A DNA stretch of 64,000 nucleotides from Candidatus Amesbacteria bacterium (GTDB lineage Bacteria > Patescibacteriota > Microgenomatia > CAZETR01 > Amesbacteraceae), in contig DAHWUD010000001.1 of assembly GCA_027331445.1 (NCBI GenBank), forward strand, positions 43,157 through 107,156, read 5' to 3'. The notes below the pieces were generated by a model. The model ran no database searches and had not been told where the DNA came from. It saw only the letters and a program-made list of their open reading frames with translations. Position 1 is the stretch's first letter; every line of letters starts with the position of its first letter. Positions 38,836 to 48,755 of the stretch are shown here, one piece after another. A program made the translations under genes and the position numbers.

Positions 38836-39533
38836 CTAATATTTTTCACCACCTTTACAAAGGAGCGGAAGAGATAAATACCGCTAATTTGATCGCCTGT
38901 CTGAAAAGAACCGGACCCCACAAGAGTTTACTGGATGTAGGCTGCTGGGACGGCAAAAACACTCTGATTTGGGCCAGGGCGGCCGGAGCCAAACAGCTAT
39001 ATGGCTTGGAAGCCGTCAGATCAGCATCCAAGATAGCTAACCAAAAACATATCCGGACATTTTCTGCCCGGGCCGACCGTGACAGGTGGCCGTTTCCCCC
39101 CCACTCTTTTAACTGCGTCATCTCCAATCAGGTGATTGAGCATTTGAGCGATCTTGATCATTTTTTCTCAGAAAGCTCCCGTGTCCTTACCCGGGGCGGA
39201 TATCTTATTTCTAGTACCAATAACCTCTCCAGCTGGCATAATATTTTTGCGACTCTTTTAGGTTGGGCTCCTTTTGATTTTTCAAATTCTTCTTCGAAAG
39301 CCCAAGGTATTGGCAACCCATTAGCTGTCCACCGGGGGGAACATGACCCCCGTGGCTCCACCTGGACCCACAAGTGCATCTATACCACCCGCTGGTTATC
39401 CGAATGGGGTCGGCTTTATCATTTGGAACTAAAATATGTTTATGGGGCCGGTTACTACCCCTTTCCTGCCTGGCTGGGACGGCTCGAACCCACTCACGCC
39501 GCTTTTATCACCCTCGCCATGCAATCTTCATGA
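38832..39533 (+). CDS. class I SAM-dependent methyltransferase
   Basis: LLDVGCWDGKNT, FNCVISNQVIEHL, LTRGGYLISSTNN; ATGA coupling. Confidence 0.65.
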   Translation: MTNIFHHLYKGAEEINTANLIACLKRTGPHKSLLDVGCWDGKNTLIWARAAGAKQLYGLEAVRSASKIANQKHIRTFSARADRDRWPFPPHSFNCVISNQVIEHLSDLDHFFSESSRVLTRGGYLISSTNNLSSWHNIFATLLGWAPFDFSNSSSKAQGIGNPLAVHRGEHDPRGSTWTHKCIYTTRWLSEWGRLYHLELKYVYGAGYYPFPAWLGRLEPTHAAFITLAMQSS

Positions 39534-40606
39534 CCATTCTGGCTTTATGTTGGCATCCGGGTAAGACGAATATTCAAACTGCCGGCGGTTTTAAGCGTTT
39601 TTATGAGGTACTCAAACACGCACCCTGCCCAGTTACCGTTCTGGACAAATACCCCAGTATCTACTCTCAGATTAATAATCCCCGGGTGACCGTTATTGAA
39701 TATGGGCGAAATCGGGAATTTACCTGGATAACCGACCGGTTTGTTTCCGCCTGCTACCTTCTGCTACAGGCCTTTCGTCTCCGGCCGCGCCCATCCGTTA
39801 TATATGTTCCCTTTAGCGAATTGCCGCATTTATCCTTCGTTGCTGTCATCTTGAAATTGGCCTTTCACTGCCGCCTGGTATTTTGCAATCTGAATATCAA
39901 CAGAATTTACACCGACCGGCTGGCCAACGTCTTTTTTCATCTCTTTGCCGACGAAATTATCACCCTGTCAAAGCCTCTTCAAAATGATCTGGCCAAAACC
40001 GGAATCTTTGCTACCTACGTCAATGGAGTCGGTTATGCCCCCCGTACGACGAGCATCCGTCACATAAAAAAACTCTATGACGCGATTTTTATTGGCCGTC
40101 ACACCCAGGAAAAAGGATTTAAGGACATGCTCGAAATTTGGGATATTTTGGTCAACCAGTGCTCGCACAAATTGAAATTGGTTACAATAGGGGACATTCC
40201 ACTGGTTTCTAAAAAGGGTATCGACGCCACCATCCGCCGCCTGGACTTGGGAAATACAATCAATTTTTGTGGAAACGTTTCTGACGACCAAAAAAATCTT
40301 CTCATAGGCCAATCGAAGATTTGCGTTTTTCCTTCATATTTTGAGGGCTGGGGTATTGTTCCCATGGAATGCCTGTCTGCTGGTTTGCCCGTAGTGGCTT
40401 ACAATCTTCCCGTATACCGCGAAAGTATTTCCTCCTCCAAGGCCTTCAGAGTCGTCCCCCTCGGGGACAAAGAGCGGTTTGCGTCCGAGGTGATTTCCGT
40501 GTTAAAACACTATTTACAACTTTCTCGGGAAGCCTTGAAGTGGGAACCGGCCTACACTTGGGATGCTATCTCTCACAAAGAATGGAAACTTATATGCCCC
40601 AGTTGA
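39530..40606 (+). CDS. GT4 family glycosyltransferase
   Basis: ORF track 39374..40606; preferred start ATG 39530 (ATGA overlap); C-terminal FEGWGIVPMECLSAGLPVVAYNLPVYRE. Confidence 0.6.
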   Translation: MTILALCWHPGKTNIQTAGGFKRFYEVLKHAPCPVTVLDKYPSIYSQINNPRVTVIEYGRNREFTWITDRFVSACYLLLQAFRLRPRPSVIYVPFSELPHLSFVAVILKLAFHCRLVFCNLNINRIYTDRLANVFFHLFADEIITLSKPLQNDLAKTGIFATYVNGVGYAPRTTSIRHIKKLYDAIFIGRHTQEKGFKDMLEIWDILVNQCSHKLKLVTIGDIPLVSKKGIDATIRRLDLGNTINFCGNVSDDQKNLLIGQSKICVFPSYFEGWGIVPMECLSAGLPVVAYNLPVYRESISSSKAFRVVPLGDKERFASEVISVLKHYLQLSREALKWEPAYTWDAISHKEWKLICPS

Positions 40607-41535
40607 ACGACATCATCAAGCCTAGTTTAAAACCGGCTCTAAAAAAAGGAGTTATCCCGAATTTCTTAACCCGTCTGGACAGGAATAAATCTCACCAGAG
40701 CGCTATCTGGTCGGCCAAGACTTACTCTACGGATCCCAGAACCCATGTCTTTACTACCATCCAAGAACATTTCAGCAACCGCCTTATTCATAGCTTAAAT
40801 ATTCCTAAAAACGGCGTAGTTGTCGACGTCGGTTGTTTTATTGGCGAAAAACTTTGGCAAATTGACAAAACTGAACCCTATTTAGGGGTGGGAATAGATA
40901 TCGCCATTCCGTCACTGGTTGCAGCCAAAAAGATTGACATTTATGGACACAAATTCATCGTTGCCGATATGGAAAATCTTCCCTTCAGGAATAATTCTGT
41001 TGACTTAATTATGGCTTTTGATGTTTTTGAGCATTTATCTCATCCGAAAAAAGGCTTTTCGGAAGTCGCCCGGGTGCTTAAACCCGGGGGACAGATATTG
41101 CTCCATACACCTATTAAGGACAATAAATGGTCCATGTTTTGGTGGAAACAACGACTATCCCCTCAAGCAGCTTTAAGGGATTATCAAGACGTCGGCCATA
41201 CGGCTGACAGAATATTATCCAGCAAGCAAATTCTCTCTTCACTTAGAAAAAACAACCTTCGTCCCAACAGGGAAATTTACTACAATTCCTTCTTCGTTCA
41301 TTTTTGGGATCGGGAGTTTATCAGAACTGCTGGCCAGCTCCTTACCAGACTATCTGCCACGCCAGGACCAAAAATTAATCAGGCTCGCACCCTTCATAAG
41401 GGCAACTTAGGCAAGATGAGGCGAGTATACGGCAGATATCTCATTCCCTTGCTCGAGGCTCTCTCCTTTCCTGATATGCTTTTATCCAAGTTGAAAGTCG
41501 GTAATACCTATTTCGTCCTTGCGACAAAGGATTAG
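40594..41535 (+). CDS. class I SAM-dependent methyltransferase
   Basis: ORF track 40369..41535; preferred start ATG 40594; VVDVGCFIGEKLWQ, VDLIMAFDVFEHL, LKPGGQILLHTP. Confidence 0.6.
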   Translation: MPQLNDIIKPSLKPALKKGVIPNFLTRLDRNKSHQSAIWSAKTYSTDPRTHVFTTIQEHFSNRLIHSLNIPKNGVVVDVGCFIGEKLWQIDKTEPYLGVGIDIAIPSLVAAKKIDIYGHKFIVADMENLPFRNNSVDLIMAFDVFEHLSHPKKGFSEVARVLKPGGQILLHTPIKDNKWSMFWWKQRLSPQAALRDYQDVGHTADRILSSKQILSSLRKNNLRPNREIYYNSFFVHFWDREFIRTAGQLLTRLSATPGPKINQARTLHKGNLGKMRRVYGRYLIPLLEALSFPDMLLSKLKVGNTYFVLATKD

Positions 41536-41537
41536 CA

Positions 41538-42656
41538 ATGCTGAAACTTCTTTTTTATTCACCGGTGAAACTTCAGGCTGGAGGTGGCTGCGAGCGTTGG
41601 CACTGTGACATTACCAATTCTTTAAAACATCAATTTTCCGACCAGGTGGAGATTGTGACAGCTGATTTAGGAGACAACAAGTGGACCGAAGATTATTTGC
41701 ACAAACAGCTGAGAGGCATCCCGTATACTCAGTTACATTTTTTACATTTCTTAGGTGTCCTAGTCCCGACACCGAAAACGGCATTTTTTTTGTACCGAAA
41801 ATTCTGCGAATCAGACGCAATTCATTTTATCTATGGGTTTGCTGGACAGGACATCATGGTACTTCTTTTAAAGTTGTTTACTCGTAAGCGTGTAGTTGTT
41901 GGCCATCATGCCCCCATCTTTCATTCGTCGCCATTCCACAATTTTTACATGAGCAACATTTCTTCCAGATTACTGAATTTTTTTGATGCTCATCAGACCT
42001 TGAATTCGCTGGATAAATCCTATATGGAAAAAAAATGGAAAATAAAGAATGTTCACTTTATCCCTAGCGGCATCAGAATAGAGCGTTTCTCCCCCCATGG
42101 CAGGAAGTCTCACTCCGTCCTAACTTGTCTAAGTGTGGGCAGGTATGAATTACAAAAAGGATTTGATTTCCTGTTGGAAGCCATCGATATGTTTAATCGC
42201 ACCATTCCCAACAACTCAGCCCGGTTCTATTTCGTTGGGGCTGGAACTTTAAAAACTTTGATTGCCCGGTTTGCCAGAAAAAACCCTAATATCTTTGATT
42301 TAGGTTATATCCCTTACGAAAAGATGCCCTCAATTTACGCCAAGTCGGATTTATTTATTCTTTCTTCGCGTGAAGAACCGTTCGGCCTGGTTTTGGTGGA
42401 AGCGTGGGCGTCTGGAATACCGGTATTGGCAACTCGCACTGAAGGACCAAACGACATGCTAAATCCCCGCAATGGCATTTTTATATCTGAAATTTCTGCT
42501 GATGCTATGTGTAAATCACTCATTTCTATGTATAGACTCTGGTCTTGCGGTCGGTTAAAATCGAAATTTAAGACATCCGATCTCTTAAACAGTGCCCAAA
42601 AATTCAGCATCGACTTGACTGCCCAAAGAATGCACGATCAATTATTTCAGGTATGA
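41538..42656 (+). CDS. GT4 family glycosyltransferase
   Basis: EEPFGLVLVEAWASGIPVLATRTEGPNDML. Confidence 0.65.
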   Translation: MLKLLFYSPVKLQAGGGCERWHCDITNSLKHQFSDQVEIVTADLGDNKWTEDYLHKQLRGIPYTQLHFLHFLGVLVPTPKTAFFLYRKFCESDAIHFIYGFAGQDIMVLLLKLFTRKRVVVGHHAPIFHSSPFHNFYMSNISSRLLNFFDAHQTLNSLDKSYMEKKWKIKNVHFIPSGIRIERFSPHGRKSHSVLTCLSVGRYELQKGFDFLLEAIDMFNRTIPNNSARFYFVGAGTLKTLIARFARKNPNIFDLGYIPYEKMPSIYAKSDLFILSSREEPFGLVLVEAWASGIPVLATRTEGPNDMLNPRNGIFISEISADAMCKSLISMYRLWSCGRLKSKFKTSDLLNSAQKFSIDLTAQRMHDQLFQV

Positions 42657-43444
42657 CAGCTTTTTTAATACAATTAATTTTACTGCTCACTGACGCGGAC
42701 ATCTCCATTTCAGACAGGCTCAGATACCTCTTTCTCATCCCCATTTCCTTGTTTGCCTCAGCTACGCCTTTTGGCCTAAGGCGTACCTATTCTCTTAAAG
42801 GTGCCCAATTCTATTATTTAGGCAACCATCGCAACCTCTTTTTAGATCATTTGTCGAGCCATCTTAATGTCTATAAAAAATATTATCGTAATGCTGAAAC
42901 CGTAATTGATATCGGAGCCAGCTTCGGCACTTTTCCTCTCATCGCCTCATACTTCAACCCCCAGACACACTTCTATTGTCTGGAAATGGCCAAATCCAGT
43001 TTTCAAATACTTCAAAAGAATCTCCAAAATGTCACACGAGCCTCGGCATATTGTCTTGCAGCGGGAAGTAGTAATAAACAGATTACCTATTTCTATAATC
43101 GGGATTACCCCGAGGGCTCCCTGATTAACAGTCGTGGGAAAGCCAACAATTCTGTCCAAATGACCACACTCGACAATTTTGTTAAGGTCCATAAAATTTC
43201 TCGAGTTTCACTTTTAAAAATTGATACCGAGGGTTATGAATTAAACGTCTTAAAAGGGGCACGGGAGACTTTAAATATCACCCGCTCCGTTATCGTTGAG
43301 ACGGATTTTACCCCCCCCAACCTGTCAGCAGTTTTTGATTTACTCTCTCACAGAGGTTTCGTGTTGGTGAACTTCGGAGAAGTCAATTTCAATCGTCTAA
43401 CTAACCGTATTGGGTCGTGCGACCTGGTTTTTCAGAAAGTCTAA
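42653..43444 (+). CDS. FkbM-family methyltransferase
   Basis: VIDIGASFGTFPL ... LKIDTEGYELNVLKGARETL; ATGA coupling. Confidence 0.65.
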   Translation: MTAFLIQLILLLTDADISISDRLRYLFLIPISLFASATPFGLRRTYSLKGAQFYYLGNHRNLFLDHLSSHLNVYKKYYRNAETVIDIGASFGTFPLIASYFNPQTHFYCLEMAKSSFQILQKNLQNVTRASAYCLAAGSSNKQITYFYNRDYPEGSLINSRGKANNSVQMTTLDNFVKVHKISRVSLLKIDTEGYELNVLKGARETLNITRSVIVETDFTPPNLSAVFDLLSHRGFVLVNFGEVNFNRLTNRIGSCDLVFQKV

Positions 43445-43445
43445 T

Positions 43446-44126
43446 ATGCCTGTTAATTTAAAACAACATTACGATACCAACTGGCAACGCCTGGAAGGCT
43501 ATCAGATGTCGGAAAAAATTGCCCGGGTGGGCTACGCTCTTTTGTCGCATTACCCAGGTCGTCGCTGTTTGGATGTTGGCTGCGGAGACGGAACCAACCT
43601 AGAGAAACTGAAACAGATTGGCCTGGATGCCTGGGGCTGTGACATTTCAAGCGTCGCCGTCGGTAAGACCCGCCGGAAAGGGTTTCACGCCCAAGTAGTC
43701 GATCTGAACAACGATAAACTGCCTTATAAAAGCGGACAATTTGATATTGTTTGGTTGACGGACGTAATCGAGCACGTTTTTTGGCCCGAGTCAGTTATCC
43801 GGGAGCTATCGCGGATCACAGTCCCCGGCGGTTTACTTTTTATTTCCACCCCCAATGTTTCTTGGTGGGGTAACCGGTTTCAGCTCCTTTTCGGCCATAC
43901 TCTGACTGATATCCACCCTGAACATATTCATTGGTACAACCATACTGGTCTGATTCACCTTCTCACGGCCAATAATTACGCTGTAGTAGGGGAAGTTTCT
44001 TATAAAAGGCTTATCCCGTATCCGATTACCGCGGCCCTTCCTTGGCTGGAAGCCTTAAATCCGATTGCTGCCCCAAATTCCCTTTTTAGCTTCACCTTTG
44101 CCGTATTGGCACGAAACAGGCGATAA
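43446..44126 (+). CDS. class I SAM-dependent methyltransferase
   Basis: ORF track 43410..44126; preferred start ATG 43446 just after upstream TAA; CLDVGCGDGTNL, FDIVWLTDVIEHV, VPGGLLFISTPN. Confidence 0.7.
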   Translation: MPVNLKQHYDTNWQRLEGYQMSEKIARVGYALLSHYPGRRCLDVGCGDGTNLEKLKQIGLDAWGCDISSVAVGKTRRKGFHAQVVDLNNDKLPYKSGQFDIVWLTDVIEHVFWPESVIRELSRITVPGGLLFISTPNVSWWGNRFQLLFGHTLTDIHPEHIHWYNHTGLIHLLTANNYAVVGEVSYKRLIPYPITAALPWLEALNPIAAPNSLFSFTFAVLARNRR

Positions 44127-44134
44127 TTGTCGTC

Positions 44135-45235
44135 ATGAAAGCACCAAAAGCTGTTAAATCATTGATTATCATCATCGGCATCCCGGCTCTTTTGTTTATC
44201 TTGGGCTTTTTTCTCTCCTCAGTCCAGTTTTACCGCCAGGAAATCAGTTTTTTAAGCTTAACCAAGAACCATTCCACCAACGACATTACTTCTTCTCCGG
44301 CAGGAAATCTGCTGGCTGGAAACAAAATCAGTGGGAAATTTGTCGCCTATGACGATTACCTTGGTATCGTTAGCGTCAGGTTTGATACATTCTACCGAAT
44401 TAATGACGACTGGCTTGTTTTTAGAATTAAACAGCTGGGTGATTCAAAGTGGTACTACGAAAACTACTATAAGGTTGATCAATTTCAGTCTCACGAACTT
44501 TTTCCATTCGGATTCCCCATCATTAAAAATTCGGCCGGAAAGACATATGTTTTTGAAATCGAATCGACAACAGGAACCTCTGATGATTCAGTAGCGCTGG
44601 ACAAAACCTACCCGGTGTTTATCAGTATTTACAAATACCCCAGAAAAGTGGTTTTCAGCGGTTTTGGGCCTTTGCAGAAATTCCTACCTGAAAAGTTAGC
44701 TAGCTTTAGAAACGAAAACATCGGGAGGACAATTCAAGCTAATAAAACCATTAGGTTCATCTTCAAGAAATTTTTTAACATAGTTATCAATACTCAAATC
44801 CCGGTACTAGGTTTCTTTTATTTTCTTCCACTGATTATTTATCTCTTTTGGCTAGTGATTTACCGACGACCAAAAACTAAGAAGTCTTATATGCTGGCAA
44901 TTCTTTTTTTGCTGACGTTCATCGAGATAATAATAATTGCAGAATCGATTGACTTTATAGTTTTGGAAATATTTCTCATGTGGATCTGGGCTGTTTGGTA
45001 TTACAAATTGAAGAATCTGGACATTTTTGTTCTTGCCTTTATTTTGTTAGGTCTTTGCCCTCTGTTTTTGTTGATGAATCTTAATGATATTTCCGAGAAA
45101 ATTGGTGCCTGGTCATTCCTGTTTTTTGTCATCGCTATCTTCCAACTCGCTATCGAACAAAAATTTCATCACGGAAGAAGAGTCAGCATTCTCAGTGTTT
45201 TGCGAAAAATTCCTAAAGACTTCCATGACCGCTAA
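44135..45235 (+). CDS. hypothetical membrane protein (N-terminal anchor, ~190-aa extracytoplasmic domain, C-terminal TM bundle)
   Basis: 366 aa; TM at residues ~8-30, soluble segment, then 4-5 hydrophobic segments; AT-rich like the rest of the island. Confidence 0.4.
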   Translation: MKAPKAVKSLIIIIGIPALLFILGFFLSSVQFYRQEISFLSLTKNHSTNDITSSPAGNLLAGNKISGKFVAYDDYLGIVSVRFDTFYRINDDWLVFRIKQLGDSKWYYENYYKVDQFQSHELFPFGFPIIKNSAGKTYVFEIESTTGTSDDSVALDKTYPVFISIYKYPRKVVFSGFGPLQKFLPEKLASFRNENIGRTIQANKTIRFIFKKFFNIVINTQIPVLGFFYFLPLIIYLFWLVIYRRPKTKKSYMLAILFLLTFIEIIIIAESIDFIVLEIFLMWIWAVWYYKLKNLDIFVLAFILLGLCPLFLLMNLNDISEKIGAWSFLFFVIAIFQLAIEQKFHHGRRVSILSVLRKIPKDFHDR

Positions 45236-46571
45236 CAAATTTTCTCTTCCACTAGTCTTTCTGGCCTTCATTATCATTTTGTCTCAAACCCAATTCACAC
45301 CCTGGCCGGAAATGTTGCTCTGGCCGTATCTTATTAACCATGGCTGGCTGGCCTACCGCGATATTGCCATCGCCCATTCTCCCCTTCTCCCTTACCTACT
45401 GGCCGGTTACTATAAATTTTTCGGGGAATCACTTCTGTCATTGAAAATATTTTCCTGGATTCTGGTACTTTTTTCAGCTCTGCTTACCTACTTTATCGCC
45501 AAAAAATTGTTTGGGAAAAACCCCGCCCTGGCCGCTTTCCTGCTTTTCCTGGTCTTACAGTACAGGTATGAAGGGAATGGTGTCTGGTTTGATGTCTTGC
45601 TTGCCCCGCTGTTTCTTCTCGTTTACTTTTCGCTCAAGGAAAAAAAATACGTTTGGTTCGGTTTTTTTTGGGCCCTCGCGTTTTTTGTCAAGCAAACCGC
45701 AGTCTGGCTTTTAATTCCGGTTTTATTTACATTTATTAGCCGGAAATTTCCGGTGCCGAAACTATTTACGGCTTTTTTGGGAGCTTTACCCGTTTTATTG
45801 GTCATTCTTTTTTTTCTGATCATTTCCCGGGACATTCCTTACTACTTTTTTTGGAGCATTCAATTCGGTCTGTTCATCCTGCCCCGGATGCCGCCCCAAT
45901 ATCCCAGCCTCAGTCAATTTGTCTCCGGCTCCTGGCCTTTCCTGATCGCTTTTTTTATCCCGTTGATAAAATCATCTCCCCGGAGACAAATCAGCCTGGA
46001 ACTACTCTTTTTTGGTTTTTTTTCGGCCTTCGGAGTCATCCCGCGCTGGGAGCTCTTTCATTTCCAGCCGGCTCTGCCCTTCCTCAGTTTATTGGTGGTC
46101 CAAATACTGCAGCACGCCTCCTGGGTCGGTCGCTACTCCAAATTAGCTTTGGGCATCTTCGTGACGGTATTCGCTGTCATCTTTATATTCCACACTAAAA
46201 ATATTTTATTCCGTCCAGATCGGTTTTCTGAACCCGAAGTTAGCCAGGCTGAAATCTATACATTGGCCCATACCCTGCCGGGAGACACTATATTTATCCT
46301 CAACTGGTGGGACAGTCTCTATGCTCAAACCGGCAGACTGCCGCCCAAACCCTGGGTTCCTCAACTGCCCCAATACCTGTCTCTGCCCGGCATGCAGGAA
46401 GCCCTGATCGCCGGGCTCTCTTCGCATCCTCCAAAATTAATCCTGTTTAAGCTCTATGACTCCGGGTCGTACATTCCGAAAAAACTTGATGCCTATATTT
46501 TTTCCCACTACACAGAAGTTATTTTCATTGGGAATCAGTACGAAGTTCTGGCCCCGATCCGGAATGAATAA
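45225..46571 (+). CDS. polytopic membrane protein, putative GT-C glycosyltransferase (DUF2029-like)
   Basis: ORF track 45084..46571; preferred start ATG 45225 (MTANKFSLPLVFLAF); YRDIAIAHSPLLPYLLAGYY loop motif; GC-rich codon usage resumes within this gene. Confidence 0.4.
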   Translation: MTANKFSLPLVFLAFIIILSQTQFTPWPEMLLWPYLINHGWLAYRDIAIAHSPLLPYLLAGYYKFFGESLLSLKIFSWILVLFSALLTYFIAKKLFGKNPALAAFLLFLVLQYRYEGNGVWFDVLLAPLFLLVYFSLKEKKYVWFGFFWALAFFVKQTAVWLLIPVLFTFISRKFPVPKLFTAFLGALPVLLVILFFLIISRDIPYYFFWSIQFGLFILPRMPPQYPSLSQFVSGSWPFLIAFFIPLIKSSPRRQISLELLFFGFFSAFGVIPRWELFHFQPALPFLSLLVVQILQHASWVGRYSKLALGIFVTVFAVIFIFHTKNILFRPDRFSEPEVSQAEIYTLAHTLPGDTIFILNWWDSLYAQTGRLPPKPWVPQLPQYLSLPGMQEALIAGLSSHPPKLILFKLYDSGSYIPKKLDAYIFSHYTEVIFIGNQYEVLAPIRNE

Positions 46572-47967
46572 GTTTTGGGTCGGTTTTGGAATTTTCATTG
46601 CCTTTTGTTTGCTTTATTGGTACCGCCTGCCGCAATCTCTTTACATCAATACCGATTACGGAAAGGATCTGTTCGCCATTGCCAAAATCTCCCGGGGCCA
46701 TTTCTCGCTTCTCGGCCCGGTATTGAGCGCCGGATTTTTTGCCGGGCCCTATTATTACTACCTCATGGTTCCGGCCTTGTTGCTGTCCGGATTTAACCCC
46801 TATGCCCTGGCCGCCACCAGTGTAGTTTTATTCTCGTCTTCCCTGGCTGCGGCCTTTTATTTTTTCAGCCGGAAGTTTTCCCTCGTCTCCTCCGTCCTGG
46901 CCGTCCTGGCTTTGGGAATTTCACCGCTTTTCATTATGGCTGCCCGGGAGCCGGCCAACGGCCTGACTTATTTACCTCTCCTCCTGCTTTTTATCTGTTT
47001 GGTTTATTTTCAGCCCCGGTTTTCGTTATGGTCGGTTATGGCCCTGGGTCTTTTGGCGGGTGTGATTCTTAATTTTGACCCCGTCTCGGTTTTGGCCCTT
47101 TTCCCTCTCACCCTTTATTTGATCTTCAAAATCGGTCTTAAAAAAGCCGTCATTTACGGATTTTTTGTCCTCATCACCTATCTGCCTCTGATGGCCTTTG
47201 AAGTCAAAAACAATTTTGTCATTTCCCGGGGATTTTTCCTCTACAAAAATTACCGGACGTTTTTAAATAACAATAATGTCGTCGGCGCGGTTTCCGGCAG
47301 TAAAAATTTAATCGAAAATTTCTCCCTCATTTCCTCCCGTTTGTTCCCGCTGGTCGGCCTGACCCCCCTCGTCTGGTTGTTGCTGGTTTCAGTCCCGCTC
47401 ACCATCCGCCGCTTACGCCCCGGGTCGTTCATTATTTCCCTCATTTCTTTTGTCCTAACCGTTGTCCTGGTCCGCTTCAAGCTGGAAATCCACTACCTGT
47501 TTCCGGTTTCGCTGCTGCTGCTGTTCTCGCTGCTTTATGCCGTTGCTTCCCTCAAAAAAACGGTCCTGCTTCTTGTCGTGGTCGTCCTGCTTGTCGCCGG
47601 GTTTCCCGTCAGCCGCTATCGTCCCACCACTCAGACATTTTCCCTATTTCAAAACGCCGTTGACTTTACTCTTAGCCACCGCCTCATTGACCCGCAGACG
47701 CCGTTTAACCTGATTGCCATTACGGACCCGCATGATTATGTCCCTATCGGCAATGAATACCGCTTTGCTTATTTAAAGCGGGGGTTGGCCGTTAACACCG
47801 AGTTCCAATACCCCCAGTCCCGGGTGCTGCTTTTGTTTTCCCAGATCGGGGATTTCGATATCAGCAGTCTGAATAACTGGGAAGTAGACCAGTTTGGCCG
47901 GTCGTATTTGAAAAACTATCAGGAATTTCACGCCGGCCAGGTGATCATCTACCGGGTGGAAAAGTAG
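46564..47967 (+). CDS. polytopic membrane protein, putative GT-C glycosyltransferase
   Basis: ORF track 46456..47967; preferred start ATG 46564 (ATGA overlap; MNKFWVGFGIFIAF); hydrophobic throughout with C-terminal soluble tail. Confidence 0.4.
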   Translation: MNKFWVGFGIFIAFCLLYWYRLPQSLYINTDYGKDLFAIAKISRGHFSLLGPVLSAGFFAGPYYYYLMVPALLLSGFNPYALAATSVVLFSSSLAAAFYFFSRKFSLVSSVLAVLALGISPLFIMAAREPANGLTYLPLLLLFICLVYFQPRFSLWSVMALGLLAGVILNFDPVSVLALFPLTLYLIFKIGLKKAVIYGFFVLITYLPLMAFEVKNNFVISRGFFLYKNYRTFLNNNNVVGAVSGSKNLIENFSLISSRLFPLVGLTPLVWLLLVSVPLTIRRLRPGSFIISLISFVLTVVLVRFKLEIHYLFPVSLLLLFSLLYAVASLKKTVLLLVVVVLLVAGFPVSRYRPTTQTFSLFQNAVDFTLSHRLIDPQTPFNLIAITDPHDYVPIGNEYRFAYLKRGLAVNTEFQYPQSRVLLLFSQIGDFDISSLNNWEVDQFGRSYLKNYQEFHAGQVIIYRVEK

Positions 47968-47990
47968 GGCATTTCTCATATAATGGCCTG

Positions 47991-48755
47991 GTGGCATCAC
48001 CCAACATGGACGAGGGTCTTCTAGATCGCTTTCACGCCATCGAGGAAAAACATTGGTGGTGGGCCGGCCGGCGCCGGCTAGTCGGCATGTTATTGGCCGC
48101 GGACCATCCTCAAAAAATGCTGGACATCGGTTGCGGCACCGGAGAAACCCTTACTTACCTGCATCAGCTCTACCCCCGGGCCCAACTGTATGGTATTGAC
48201 ACTTCAGATGCCGCCGTCAGGTATTCCAAAAACCGCGGCCACCGGCACATCTACAAAGCTTCTGCTCTCAAGCTGCCCTTTCCGGACAAATTTTTTGACG
48301 CCGTCCTGTTTCTGGATGTGTTAGAACACATCGCCCGGGATAAGCAGGCCCTTTTGGAATCAAAACGCGTCCTCAAGCCCGGCGGTAAAATTATTATTAC
48401 CGGTCCAGCCCTACAGTTTATTTGGTCCCGCCATGATACCCGTCAGGGTCATGTCCGCCGTTTTACCCGCCGCCAAATCCGGGCTCTGGCCCGATCGGTC
48501 GGTTTGGATGTGGTTTTTATCAGTTATTTTAATTTCATTTTTAGCCCCGTCATTATTTCCGTCCGTCTGCTGTCCAAACTGCCGTTTCTGGCCAAATTAT
48601 CCGATTACGACAACGGCATCAATTTTGACATCGCCGATTACGGCCTGGTTAATTCGCTTTTAACCAAGCTCTTCGTCACCGAGATTAACCAGCTGAAATA
48701 TCTGCATTATCCCTGGGGTATTTCCCTGGGCGCGAGTCTAAAAAAACTGCGCTAG
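47991..48755 (+). CDS. class I SAM-dependent methyltransferase
   Basis: [40 protein letters not shown]; alternative start at 48006. Confidence 0.7.
   Translation: MASPNMDEGLLDRFHAIEEKHWWWAGRRRLVGMLLAADHPQKMLDIGCGTGETLTYLHQLYPRAQLYGIDTSDAAVRYSKNRGHRHIYKASALKLPFPDKFFDAVLFLDVLEHIARDKQALLESKRVLKPGGKIIITGPALQFIWSRHDTRQGHVRRFTRRQIRALARSVGLDVVFISYFNFIFSPVIISVRLLSKLPFLAKLSDYDNGINFDIADYGLVNSLLTKLFVTEINQLKYLHYPWGISLGASLKKLR

Larger units (their letters stand above)
20100..45230. other. low-GC compositional island inside GC-rich glycosylation locus
   Basis: By eye, sequence from about 20-21 kb to about 45.2 kb is distinctly more AT-rich (A/T-ending codons, AAA/AAT/ATT runs) than 0-20 kb and 45-64 kb (CTG/GCC/CCG-rich); boundaries fall inside ORFs 19464..21314 and 45225..46571. 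Confidence 0.5.
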
